The notes under the pieces: model-generated
Told to the model about the DNA's origin: nothing
Database searches by the model: none
Seen by the model: the letters and a program-made list of their open reading frames with translations, nothing else
Source: the human T2T-CHM13v2.0 reference genome, Homo sapiens
NCBI RefSeq assembly: GCF_009914755.1
Contig: NC_060933.1
Reading direction: 5' to 3' (one strand)
Length of the DNA stretch: 64,000 nucleotides
In this document: in pieces, positions 12,896 to 29,969 of the stretch
How the letters are laid out: the number at the start of each line of letters is the position of its first letter
Numbering within the stretch: position 1 is the stretch's first letter
Translations under genes and position numbers: made by a program

Positions 12896-14554
12896 CTAGT
12901 AAAGTGAAGTTGTGGATACAACTTTTCCTATTATCATAATGTGTTATAGACGGTTTTGCATATGGGATTACTTGCCTCTGAACACATCTATATACAAAAG
13001 GTCAAAAGATTCTGACCTGAGTTCTGAGAGCTATATAGGCCATTATTTCTAAGCTGAGCAGAGGGGTAGGAGGTAATACACACATAGTGAAAAAACAATT
13101 TTATTCCCTTTTGTTGCCTTTCAGATAAATTGAAACCTAGATTGCTGATCCTGATGTCTGAAACATGTCCATTAAAAATTGTAAATAATATTCTGCACTT
13201 GAACAGGACAAACTCGAAACATGCAGTTGCCTTTATGGAATGTATAGCTTTAAACACCTAGGAAGAAATCATAGTGATTATTTGTGACTGGGGCAGGGTT
13301 TTATTTAAACTCAAATATCCCAGATATATGCATCTTTTGGGTCCCCTAACTGAATCATTTTCCCATATAGCTGTGGCCTTAAATTTAAAGAGAAGAAACA
13401 GGTTTCTCTGTTGACAAAGAGTAAAATTATGTCAAAGAATTAGAAATAAGTCTGTAGGCAAAAATATAATGTAGGTTAAAAGTCTAGAGAATTGGATTGA
13501 AATCTCATTCCTATAATTATTAGTTGTTTGGAAAACATTTACTGAAATAAGCTTCACCAATAACCACATATAGTAAAATAATATAAAGTGTAAAAATACT
13601 TTGAAACTCCACATACAAGAATTTTTTAAAATTCCTCGAACTGTTAGCATTTTAATACCAATAAGCTTTTCTCTTATTTTTTTCCTATAGCCCACAGGTA
13701 AATATACATCGAAAACATTTTATAATATGTAATGCATTATTTAGAAAGAAGACTACCAAACCAAAAGGTACAATTAAAACATATTTCTGACAACTACAAC
13801 ATAATGCATAACTCAAATTTTTGAAGAAAATGAATCTCCTGTGCCTCATCCAGGCTTGACCCATTCATTGCCTTGTAAGTTCTCTGGGCCTTCTGAATAA
13901 ATGTGAGAAGGGACAGGAAAAGAAAAAAATCCAATGAGAAAGCATTAACAGAGAGCAAGGTTAAAGGCTGTGGCCCTCTGCAGAGATTTACACTTTCTGA
14001 GACACTGAGAAGTAAAATTAAATCTGTTAAAAACAAATTCATTTGCCAATGCCCCTTGAGTCCTTCTGCCTAAAGATGTGGCAATGAGATGTGCCAGGCA
14101 TATTTCCTGTGACAGAATATAGGATTAGGTATTGTATATGGATAACTGTAAACCCTCAGATGTCTATGTTTACCCAGAAAACACTAAGGCACCAAAGCAG
14201 CAGATTTTATTACTACTTGCACTTTGTGTGCTCAGCTTTAATAACCCAGCTGGGATAATCGATTTTCTCACCAACACCCAGGGTTCTGTTATGCTGTTAT
14301 AGACAGCCCACATTCCAGTTTCCTTTTCTCCCCATAGATTTTTAAATAGCCTTCATATTGGCTACTTCCATCATTTCTCCGTCAATTCAGCAGGTTTTAA
14401 AACTAAGCATTCAGGGTAGAAAATCTTTCTCGCACTTATGGCAGAAAGCTCTAATTTATTTTGTAGTAATTGAAGAGGTTATCTGACCTTCCATGGAGCC
14501 ATCATATTGAAGTTACATTATGTCCAAAAGTATATAGTAATTTTTAAGAAGATA

Positions 14555-14765
14555 TCATTGCATAACAGAAGGAGTACATGGAGGTGGAATCAAAAATACT
14601 CACTTTTGTGTCCCAGGTCTGTCTCTTAGAAGGTGTCACTTAATCATTCTGTCTCCATAGCCTCATCTTTAAAAATAGAGATATTAATTCAAACAATTTT
14701 CCAAGACTGTGAGACCCTAAAATGAGGGCAGATGAAAGGGTTTTGTAAATGGATATATTATTTTG
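14555..14765 (+). mobile_element. MIR (MIRc/MIR3-like)
   Basis: gtcacttaatcattctgtctccatagcctcatctttaaaaatagagat MIR core. Confidence 0.65.
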
Positions 14766-14899
14766 AAATAGTACTTAATTATTTGCATCTAGTTCATCTT
14801 TAAAGTAGTCTTACTTCACTGATACTATATAACATTATATGTCAAATGCATCATGCTTAACTTTAAAGACTGATCCAAATGCAGCCAACTAAAACACAC

Positions 14900-15020
14900 A
14901 TCCATTATTTCAAATTATTATGAGGAAGGTATTTCTAAATCTCACATTGACTGGTGGATACAGAACTTGAAACCAGGTCTTTCAAATTCAAGATTATTTT
15001 CTCTATTTAGAACATTGCCT
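14900..15020 (-). mobile_element. MIR remnant
   Basis: cagaacttgaaaccaggtctttcaaattcaag antisense MIR motif. Confidence 0.5.
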
Positions 15021-15424
15021 TTCTTCAGAGGTGCTGTTTTACCAGCTGTTTTATACAGATGTGGAACAGAATCAAACCACTGATGAGACCAAAGACTTGC
15101 CGGTCTCCTTGTTCAAAATGAGGCAAAAGCAGTCAGAAACTGTAGCCCTACACAATGATAAACATGGGAAATACCCCATGTCTAATGGGAAAATACAACC
15201 AATCTCATTAAAATTAGCTGAGAGAAGAGGTAAAATTCACCCATGTAAGCTTATAGAAAACAGGGAAGAAGTAGAGATGACCTTATCTCTGTACCTGAGC
15301 CAAGCTGACTTGGCTGAATTCAGCCCACTGCATCTTGAACTGAGCCTATAATACAAATTCTGGTTTTTGTTTAGTTGCCTCAGGAGACAATGTCAAAACC
15401 CAGAAATCACTAAATACAGTAATT

Positions 15425-18540
<3,116 letters not shown>

Positions 18541-18593
18541 ACCTCTACATAGAGAGAGCGGAACGAAATTCCTCTCACACAAGTTTTGTAAAA

Positions 18594-18891
18594 GGCCCGG
18601 TGCAGTGGCTCACGCCTGTAATTCAAGCACTTTGGGAGGCCGAGGCGGGCAGATCACGAAGTCAAGAGATTGAGACGATCCCAGCCAACACGTTGAAACC
18701 CCGTCTCTACTAAAAATACAAAAATTAGCTGGGCGTGGTGGTGCGTGCCTGTAGTCCCAGCTACTCGGGCAGCTGAGGCAGGAGAATTGCTTGAACCCCG
18801 GAGGCAGAGATTGCAGTGAGCCGAGAGTTTTTGGGCCATTGCACTCCAGCCTGGTAACAGAGGGAGACTCCGTCTCAAAAAAAATAAAAAA
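18594..18891 (+). mobile_element. AluSc-like
   Basis: gatcacgaagtcaagagat and cctggtaacagag; TSD aagttttgtaa at 18581-18591 and 18892-18902. Confidence 0.9.
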
Positions 18892-20009
18892 AAGTTTTGT
18901 AATAACAAGTCAAAATAGATGAGTAAAATTAATGCCAAGGGAAAAAGTAGAAAATCAATTTACTTTGAAGTATAAATGATAGACCAATCTTAAATGACTG
19001 TGAATTAAAAGTTTATGTAAAAATGGAGCTGTGTATCAAATCTAAATATATATATGAAATGAAGCCATAACAATTTTTAAAAATCAATAATGTCATAAAT
19101 TAGAGCCTAAACAGAAAAAGAGAGGGTTTAGTAAATTTAAATATAATATTCAACTAGAATATTACACAAAAATGATAATAGAAAATATTTTTTAGAAAGT
19201 TCATGAAGAAGTTGGGAAGGTAGCTCCCAAATGCATCTAACCAGTACCCCCTAAGGAAAGAAAAAAGAGATTTGCAGAAAAACAAAAATATCCTGAACAG
19301 TAATGGCTAAACTTTTTTAAACTCCAAATAGAAATATAATTTAAAATTCACAAGGTGGAATATATAATAAATAATTCCACATCTGATCACTATGAAGTAA
19401 AATCAAGTATATACATAAGACAAAAGATTAGTAGTTACTAGAAAGGAAAAAAACATTATCTAAAAAGAAATGATAATGAGACGAATAGTAGATGTCTCAT
19501 CAGCAATAAAAATGAAGAAGATTGAATAATATTTTCAATATCCTGAGGAAAAATAAATGTTAACTAAAACATGATACACAGCTTAATCACTGTTTAATAG
19601 GATGGATAAAATAAACACATTTTTAGACATATCAAACTGATGATGATTCAATACTACAAAAAATGGTACCAATATAAAAGATGTAGAACACACTAGTGAC
19701 TAACAGTAAATAAATAAATTTAGTTTTTAATAGGAAGAGCTAAAATTTTAGACAATAAAGTAGAAATGAGGAGTTCAATTGGTAATTAAAATGCACTAAA
19801 GTATTTTCTTTATTATGGAAAGGAAAGATATACTGAAAATATGTAAAATGTTGTTGAAAAATATATAGTCAAACATGTTAAAAATGTAAGAAGAGAAAAT
19901 CAAGCTATTATCTCCCAATTGTAGGAAAGGAAATGGTACTAAATAGAATCCAAAGAATCCAATAGATGTCAGGAAAGGATGAAAAAAATTGTGAAGAAAA
20001 AGTGAGTGT

Positions 20010-21490
20010 TGATAATTGGGCTTTATCAAAATTAAAACCTTCTGTGCCTCAACAAACATCATAAATAATAGGAAAAGACAAACTACAAACTGGGAGAAAA
20101 TATTTGTAAATTTTATCTGATAAAGGACCTATAACAACAATATAAAAAGAAACTTTGAAACTGATAATAAGATAACTCAATTTTTAAAAGGAAAGATTTT
20201 AGTTATTATTTTACCTAAGAAGATACACGAATGACCAAAAATCACATGAAAAGATACTGACATCATTAGTTGTGGTGGACAAACTCCCCACCTCCTGGTG
20301 TTCACACTTTGTGTAATGCCCTTCCCTGGAGGATAAGTGGGACCTGTGATTTGCTTCTAAGCAATATGGCAAGGATGATGAGCTGTTACTCCTATGCTTA
20401 TGTTATATAAGATTCTAACTAGACCTGACTCATTGGTTCCTGCATCTATCCTTGCGTGGAAACATATGAATCCTATAATCACAAGAACATGAATTCTGCA
20501 AAGACCTGAGTGAGCTTAAGAGCACATTTTTCTCCAGTCAAATCTGGGGAAAAATGCTTTCTGGTCAACAGCTCAATGATAGCCCTATGGAACTCTAAAC
20601 AGAGGACCCAAATAAGCTATGACCTGACTTCTGACCCACAAAAACTGTGAGATAATAAATAAATGTGTGCTGTTTTATGCAGCTAAATTAGTGGTGATTT
20701 GTTATGAAACATAGAAAACATATATATTAGTAATGTGGAAAATGCAAATTAAAATCACAGGACAGATTTACCACTTTATACCCACTCAAGTGCCTTTAAT
20801 CAAAATACCAGACAATAACAAATGTTGACAAGGATTGTAGAGCAAAACAAACCCTCCTACGTTGTTCATGCAAGTGAAATATTGGTGCAACCACTTTGAA
20901 AACTATTATGAAAGTTTCTCCAATGTTAAACAAAATTTACCACACAAGCCCACAATTACACTTCTAGGAATCTCCCTAGAAGAAATAAGAGAAATAAAAA
21001 CATATGTCCACACAAATGAGGCGTGTGATGTTGTTACTAATTGACAAGAAGTAGAAACAATTCAGATGTCCATCAACTTGTAAATAGATAACAAAATGTA
21101 TTACATTTTTACAATGAAATATTGCTCAACACTGAAAAGGAACAAACTCCTGATACATGCTACAAGGATATACCTCAAAAACATGCTAAGTGAAACAAGC
21201 CATATGTAAGCCATCAAATACTGTATGATTCCATTTATGTGAAATGTTCAGAAAGGGCAAATCTACAGAGAGATAAAATAGATTGGAGTAGCCTGGGGCT
21301 GGAGACCAGAACAGGAATTGATGCAAATGGACATGAGGGATCTCTCTGGGGACATAGATATATTCTAAAAGTAGATTGTGGTGATGGTTAAAAAACTCTG
21401 TATATTTACTGAAAATTAATGAATCATGTACTTAAAATGGGTGAATTTTATGATATTTAATTTCTATCTTGAGAAATCTTTTTAAAAAGC
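20010..21490 (+). mobile_element. L1ME1/L1MB-type 3' end
   Basis: atcaaaattaaaaccttctgtgc, tactgtatgattccatttatgtgaaatgttcagaaagggcaaatctacagag, gattgtggtgatgg. Confidence 0.85.
20271..20726 (+). mobile_element. MLT1E-type MaLR LTR inside the L1
   Basis: tgtggtggac start; ctgacccacaaaaactgtgagataataaa; 5-bp TSD ttagt at 20266-20270 and 20727-20731. Confidence 0.85.
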
Positions 21491-22680
21491 AAAAACTTAA
21501 CATGTTAGAGATAACTACAAATGTAGTAGACACATAATAAACAAAATACTTTACTAAGATACAGACTAACAAGTTGTTTATATGTTATTTTGAATTCAGC
21601 AATATGCCACCTTCAACAGACATATTTTAAAAACAAGTTGCAAAATTATTGATTAGAAAATGTAGACAAGATGTTATTAAACATATAACAATTGATGAAG
21701 CAATATTAATTTCAGCAAAAATAAAGTACGGTTTACAAGACATAAAGACAAGCAAAATAGTAGAAGGAACAAACTACAAACAGAGATAAATAATTGTAAA
21801 CATTTATACTACTAACAATAGAATCTAAAAACATATTGAGCAAAAGCTGTCATAATTACAAAGCAAACATGACAAACACTACTCTACATAGTAGTGCACT
21901 CTATTGTACTTTTATCAGTAACTAAAAAATGTAATAGTACAACAAAAAGAGTATAGATATTTGAAAATTTAAAATAAGAATGATTTTATATACATGCACA
22001 TTTAAAATGTATTACTTTTTAATAAACAGATTATTTTAGAGTAGTTTTAGGTTTACAAGAAAATTAATTGGAAAGTGCAGTGAAATACTGAAATACTCTT
22101 CTTAAGTGTACAAAATATAGATTTTTAAAAAGTCAGTACTAGGTTATTACAATTTTTAACATTTTTCAAAAAAATTCAATGTTATACATTCCACATTTTC
22201 TTTCAAGAAACAATTAAATTAGAAATTAGGGGAAATATATTTGTTTGGAAACGATATTATTTTTGAATTACTCTAAAGAAGAAATCAAAATAGATATCAC
22301 AAAATACCTAAAACTAGACAATAATGAAAGTCCCATATACTAATATGGGTGGTATATGCTAAATGGTATTTATTGCACAAACTGTAGTGTTAAATACAAT
22401 TATTAAAAATACATTAGTAGTTAATTAAAATAATAGAATAAAATTGTAATAACATGGATTCAATCCAAGGAAATATTTAAATAAATATTCAAGATGTAAG
22501 AAACATTAATAAAGTATAAGATAAAATGAAGAACTAAGAAAAATGATAAAATAAGTTTCTTAGAAAAGACTGGTAAACAAAGAAACCTCTTAACAAAACT
22601 TATTAAGAACAAGAAAAGATGGTTCAAATAATCAATATTAAGGAGAAAAGGAGGACATAGGATAGAGATGTGTAATTTCT

Positions 22681-23144
22681 TTCTTAAATTTATTTATTAG
22701 TTTTATAGATTCAGGGGGTACATGTCTATTGTCTGTTACATGGATATATGGTATAATGGTGAGGTTCAGGCTTCTAGTGTACCTGTGACCCAAACAGTGA
22801 ACGCTATACCCAACAGGTAATTTTTCAGCCTTCACCCCCCTCCCCATCTCCACTTTTGGAGTCCCCAGTGTCCATTATTTCTCTCTGTTTGTCCATGTGT
22901 ATCCATTGTTTAGCTCACACTACTAAGTGAGAATATGGAGTACTTGATTTTCTGTTTCTGAGTTATTTCACTTAGGATAACAGTCTCCAACTCCATCCAT
23001 GTTGGTACAAAAGACATAATTTTATTTTTTATGGCTGTGTAGTATGTATGCGTATATATTATATATATATATATAAAATATGTGTGTGTATATATATATA
23101 TATACACACACACACACATTTGTCACATTTTCTTCATCCGATCA
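22681..23144 (-). mobile_element. L1PB 3' end
   Basis: gattcagggggtacatgt, cttttggagtccccagtgtc; TSD agatgtgtaatttct (22666-22680) / agatgtataattcct (23145-23159). Confidence 0.88.
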
Positions 23145-23636
23145 AGATGTATAATTCCTAAGAAAAGGCAATGGTCAACTTTAGGTGAACAAATCAGACA
23201 ACACACATGAAATACATATTTAAATAAAATTTACCTAAAAATAAATAGAAAATCTGAATGCACTAACAACTATTGAATAAGTTAAATTGTTACTCAAATA
23301 TTTTCATCTTCCTTCCCTAAAAGGCCCAAATTCCAAATCTAATGAGTGATCTTTATCAAACTTTTAAGAGGTATATTAATTTTTTTACTACTTTCCAGAC
23401 AAGAGTAAAATCAGAAAAACAACCACACATAATTCATAATCCTATCACATATTTAATAACATTGAAAAATAACTCAAAGTTAAAGAAAACTGTATATGAT
23501 TTAATTAAAATAACTATAAAAAATCTTAAAATATTGAGTGCTGCTAATATCAAATGGATCCATCAATGTCTTTATAAACATAAATAATTCTAACATTTAG
23601 AACATAAACAGGCAGAGTTTATCTCTAGTGAAATAA

Positions 23637-24367
<731 letters not shown>

Positions 24368-24919
24368 CTCGATATATTTTAAAAGGGAAATCCCCAGCAT
24401 TTTATAGAAGGTAGCTGTTTTTCATAATAAAATTCTCTGAAAAGTAAAAATTTAACATGCCTTCCTTAATTTTAATCAAATAGTAATATGTCATATATGT
24501 TAGCAAAAACAGTAGTGAAACATTGAAAACATTACTATTAAAATCAGAACGATGATAAGGAATCATCTTATTATTGTTACTCTTCAACGATGTACTGGAA
24601 ATTCTAGCCTAAACTGTAGAACAGAAAACAAAAATGGGAAGAAGATTTAGAAAGCACAAAATTGCACTGAAATTATTCTATGTATGTGTTAGTCCACAAA
24701 GAAAATTCAAGGGCAACTATAAACAAAAAAATAGAAATAGTAATAGTTCTAGAAAGTTGTTTTCATATATTCATCATCTTTTTGATCCCTTTTTGTTCCA
24801 CTTTCTGAGACCTCAGCTCAATTTTCATTTCATCTCATTTACTGAAATCTTAAAATTTCTTATCTATTTTTAATAGTGTTTAGCATTTCTTTTTGTTTTC
24901 CTAAAATAACTTTGCCTTA

Positions 24920-25289
24920 TGTATTAGTTCGTTTTCATACTGCTGTAAGAACTGCCCAAGACTGGGTAATTTACAAAGGAAAGAGGTTTAATTGACTCAC
25001 ACTTCTGCATGGCTGCAGAGGCTTCAGGAAACGTACAATCATAGTGGAAAGCAAAGGGGAAGTAAGGCACCTTCTTCACAAGGTGGCAGGAAAGACAAGT
25101 GACGAGCAAAGGGGGAAGGGCCCCTTATAAAACCATCAGATCCCCTGAGAACTATCACCAGAACAGCATGGGGGAAATCACTCCCATGATTAAATTACCT
25201 CCACCTGGTCTCCTCCTTGACACATAAGAATTATGGGGATTACAATTCAAGATGAGATTTGGGTGAGGACACGAAGCCTAACCATATCA
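24920..25289 (-). mobile_element. THE1D solo LTR
   Basis: tgtattagttcgttttcatactgct ... gatgagatttgggtgaggacacgaagcctaaccatatca. Confidence 0.88.
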
Positions 25290-25849
25290 CTGTAGAATTC
25301 AGTTCTTGTTTGACGGATGCAACATTACTTTGGGGATATTATTGATGGTTTTATTTGACTTTATCCTACTCAGTAATTCTTATTATAACAATTTTTATTC
25401 ATAGTTTTGGTAGTATTTGTTTTTATTTTGAAACTATGCCTCAAATTCTTAGTGAACACTTTCTGGCATTTTATATTTCAGGATGTGACAACAAATGTTG
25501 ATAGGCAAGACTTCTTACTGGGCTCTAGGATGATAAGATATTAAGTTCATCATTTCTCTGTGAGACCCTCAAATCAGCACATAAAGATTTTTCCTCTTAA
25601 GATGTTTTCTTCCTTCAGGCACCCATCCTCCAATCACCTATCAATATGTGTGTTCAGAAGGTGGGGAAGAGATAATACTTCCTTGCTGTCGTCCTGAGAG
25701 CAGAGGGGGCTAAGGGCCACACAATTCAGAGTGAATAAATTAATTGAATCCCACTGTTTTCAGCTCTCTCCATCAAATCTCCATCAAATCTGCTTTATGC
25801 TTGCCATGCAGAAGTTCCCTTAGGTATAGCCCCTTCATTCAAATTATCC

Positions 25850-25986
25850 TAAAGTCAAATAAAACCATCAGTAATATCCCCAAAATGATGTTGCATCCAT
25901 AAAAGAAGAACTGAATTCTACAGTGATATGGTTAGGCTTCATGTCCTCACCCAAATCTCATCTTGAAATGTAATCACCATAATTCT
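25850..25986 (-). repeat. Inverted duplicate of 25227-25363 (LTR end plus flank)
   Basis: Manual alignment with the reverse complement: 9 substitutions in 137 bp. Confidence 0.93.
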
Positions 25987-26002
25987 CCTAAGGAAAAAGG
26001 AG

Positions 26003-26250
26003 GAGGCAACATAGCATAGTCATTGACAGAATGGAGATAGACTGCCTAACTTGGAATCATAGCACCATCACTTCCTATACAGTTAGCCTTAAGCAAGTTC
26101 ACTTCTTTGTGTTTCACTATCCATATCTGTAGAGGGATAATGTTAACACTCTACTCTTAGGTTTATTATACAATAAAAAATATTTGTAAAGTACAAAGAG
26201 TCATGCCTAGGACATAGTAAATGTCATACAAGTATTGTAGTAACTGCTAT
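26003..26250 (+). mobile_element. MIR/MIRb
   Basis: ccttaagcaagttcacttctttgtgtttcactatccatatctgtagagggataat; atgcctaggacatagtaaatgtc. Confidence 0.75.
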
Positions 26251-26447
26251 ATAGGTAACTACGTTCTAGACAAACTTTCAACTAGTCTCCCAATGTTATG
26301 ACCCACACCTCTCTCAAAGAGAGTGGGTGCTGTCATGAACAGAGCTTACAGGAAATGTTCATTTCCATTGGTTTTCTCAGGGCTGGTACCTCCTCACCTA
26401 GTCCAGATTCAACATAAATTTATTAGTCAGGGCCTATGCTATGCAGA

Positions 26448-26584
26448 ATTTTTTTCCTTTAAAGATGGAATCTTGCTCTGTTGCCCAGGCTTGAGTACAA
26501 TGGCATGTTCATGGCTCACTGCAGCTTCAAACTCGTGGGCTCAAGTAGTTCTCTCACTTCAGCCTCCCGAGCAACTGCACTACA
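26448..26584 (-). mobile_element. AluJ right-arm fragment
   Basis: tcttgctctgttgcccaggct...catggctcactgcagcttcaaactcgtgggctcaag. Confidence 0.85.
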
Positions 26585-27320
26585 AAGGTTAAATATTTTC
26601 ACTACCACCCTAGGTAAACCCTTCCTTAGGCTGTAAGGGTGTAGTTTTATTTTCTTTCTGTCTTATTTTTTAAGATTTCTGGGTTCAGTTATCACTTCTC
26701 CATCTGCTTTTGTCTTCCAAAAATTAGCAGAAATACTTCGTTTGCAGTTGTTCTCTCTCCTATTCTCTTTGTCCCTTGTGAAATCAATATGATTCATAGT
26801 CATATGCTTTTAATTTAGTAGTGATTAATATTTCAAACCACCACATTTAACCAGAAATTAATGTGTCATTTTTGCTTCTTCTTTTTCAAAATATTCTCAA
26901 TATCAAGCATGAGCAATGGGATCTGTTTGTTTAGACATGTGTGTGCTCACATGTAGTTTTTGTGGGGTTAATGTCAGCTGTGGAGTCTTAGGAATTCCCT
27001 CAGGATACCTATCAGGAATGAAATGGCTGGGCTCCAAAACTCTTCTCCTCTACTCAAATAGAAATATTCCTTCTTTACTGAGTTTATTATTTAAAGAAAA
27101 GTTATTTGAGGAAACCACTAGTTTCACCTTTGTGGTTACAAAAAGGACAAAAATAGAAAAAAAATATGATCCTGTGCAAAGGTAGAAATAAGACATTTCC
27201 TGAGGATGTAGGAAATATATATATATAGGTCCCAGTCATGTGAGAAATATGTTGGACTCTGGGAGTACAATCTACTTACTGCATGTAATTTAGCAACTGA
27301 ATGGATACAAATTGAAATCT

Positions 27321-27681
27321 TGATATGGTTTGGCTCCATGTGTCCACCCAAATCTCACCTGGAATTGTAATAATCCCCATGTGTTGTGGGAAGGTCCCAG
27401 TGGGAGGTAATTGAATCATGGGGGTGGGTTTTCCCATACCTTTCTCGTGATAGTGAATAAATCCCGTGAGATCTGATGGTTTTATAAATGGCAGTTTCCC
27501 TGCACATGCTCTCCTTGCCTGCCGCCATGTAAGACATGCTTTTGCTCCTTCTTCACCTTCTGCCATGATTGTGAAGCCTGTCCAGCCATGTGGAACTGTG
27601 AGTCCACTGAACCTCTTTTTCTGTATAAATTACCCAGTCTCATGTATGTCTTTATTAGCAGTGTGAAAATGGACTAATACC
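27321..27681 (+). mobile_element. THE1C/THE1B-type solo LTR
   Basis: tgatatggtttggct start, aatggactaatac end; TSD aatct/attct. Confidence 0.9.
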
Positions 27682-29019
27682 ATTCTATTAACCCATTACA
27701 GTTGATATTTCAGGATAAAAAAATAAAACACAGAGCAAGCAATCCAGAAAAGAGCCAGGATGTAAGGGAGGAGGAGGTTGGGTGTATTCTCCCCTTCAAA
27801 ATAGAGAGGAAGATGAGAAGGCTATTTGAAACCTTCCTGTTCCAATTAAGAAACCTAGAATAATAACTACAAGAACTAGTAAAATGTTTTAAGCTATTAT
27901 GTGGCCATGTTTATATTTTTCATTTGTGTGTCCAGTCTGTCTTTTCAGTAAACATTTTTATGAAAAATCTGGCAGCCAGTTTTGGGGCTATTATAGAAAA
28001 CAGTGGGTGGTAATATAAGTAAAGAAGAAAGGAAGATAGACTTAGGCACTGGGATGTGTTGTAGGAAAGAAAGTATTTCATGCTGGTCTTGGCTTGCTCT
28101 GAGAAATGCACTAAGTTTAGGAACACCCAGAACTGTGCAATTCTCCATCATTAAAGTTTCCAAGAATAAGGTACTGTTTTCTCTACTGTGTCAGCAAAAA
28201 TAAAACAGCTGTTAGGACAAATTATCAGTAGATATTATTAAAATACCTTAAAATATGAGTTTTCCATGCTATTCCTGAAAATATTGAGTCAGCATTGAAT
28301 AGCAATGTGCACAGTTCAGCAGGTGCTCCTTATGTTTTAATGGATTCATTTGCAAGGCAAAAGTGCGCAGTGTCCAAATTGTTTCACATATAACTTTCCT
28401 TTTACTCTGAATCCCTCAGAGGAAAAGTGATAGTAAACAATAGCTTGGACATGCTGTTCCTGATTAGATTCAAATTTTAAAAGCCCTTTCTTATGGTTTG
28501 TCACGTGGTCGTTTATATCACTCTTTAGTAAGGGAAAATAAAAGGCACATCACAGGTGAGATGTGATGTCACTGACTAGTTGCTGTGCTGATGTACTCTC
28601 CCCATGTTTTTATTGTTTAAAAAAAAAAAGGAGAGAAAATATAAAACTTTGCATGGCAGAGAAAGGTAAGATCTTTTAGGGAAGTGTGTGTCAAACTAAA
28701 GCTCATGGCCCAATAGTGGATAATATTTTTCTTTCCTTAATAAAGCAAAGACATTCACAGTTGAATTTCTTTTTTATAAATGCTCCTTCTCTCAGTCATG
28801 TATATTCATTATGATTTCTACCCAAAGTCACTGACTTCTGTTTCACAGAGAAAATTGTAGAGTTTGTTCTTAAGAATTGTCTATCAAACACTAACATTTT
28901 CAAAAATTTGTGAAGCTCATGTAAACAACTTTCTACGCCGAACTTTCTATGCCCATATAGCTCGTAATGGAGCTAACTCACAGCACGTGTTTCCTGATAA
29001 GTATGTAAGCTAAAACTGT

Positions 29020-29470
29020 GCATGAGAAAGTATTAGACAAACCCAAACTGAGGGACATTCTATGTAGTAACTGGCCTGTACTAGTCAAAAATGTAAAGGT
29101 CTAGATACATACACAGAAGAATGTGAGGCTATATTTACTAGTTGAAACAAGACTAAAAAGACATAACAAAAAAAAATGCAATGAGTGATCTTCAATTAAA
29201 TCCTGGACTATATCCTCCCCCCGCCCAAAATAGCTATAATGTTATTCTGGGGGTAATTGATGAAATTTGACTAAGAACTGCAGATTAAATAATAGTACTA
29301 TATCAATATTAAATATTAGAAAATCTCCTGATATTGAAAATGCTAACTGTGCTGTGGTTATAAAGGAGAGGTCCTTGTTCTTAAGACATGTATAATCAAG
29401 TATGTAAAGGTCATAGAGTATGATATTTCTAACTTGGTCTGAAATGGCTCAGGAAAAACAATACACACAC
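29020..29470 (+). mobile_element. L1MC4-type 3'UTR
   Basis: agacaaacccaaactgagggacattcta...aactggcctgtac; gtccttgttctta. Confidence 0.75.
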
Positions 29471-29905
29471 AACTTTCTTCTACCAAGCTACCCTACTGGT
29501 TGGAAAATAGAAATGAGAAAATGTCTCAGAAAATATAAAAGAATAAGTTGAAGAGATGGAGCTATGAGAGAGAAAGAGAGAGAAGGAAAATAAGAGAAAA
29601 AAGACACAATTTCTCATAGCTTCTAATGAGAGGAATGCAATGGCAAGTGATTCTAGAGATGTAAGATTTCTGCTTCTACCTTGAGAAGACAGATTTCTAA
29701 ATGTGGAGAACAATCATACTTTCAGGAAGATGTTCGATATGTTGGTGAGCCCTGAATGATGGATATCTGCAGCAGATTTCCATTCTTCATCTTTGCCATT
29801 TTGGATTTATATGATTCCTATCCTTTTGTTGTTATTGAAGTGGAGTCATAGGAAGGAGACAGACTACTGTACGTTTCTAGTCATTCTTTTGTTATACTCA
29901 ATTTG

Positions 29906-29969
29906 TGTCTGTGTGTGTGTGTGAAGAAATATATATAGTATGATATTTAATTATATATATATATATATA
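29906..29969. repeat. Short (TG)n and (TA)n microsatellites
   Basis: Visible dinucleotide runs. Confidence 0.85.

Noticed and set aside
25767-25791. Short tandem duplications (11 bp here; 14 bp at 28927-28954; ~16 bp x3 at 55831-55876; ~36086-36125 in the L1)
   Set aside because: Common slippage events with no spacer structure; not CRISPR-like
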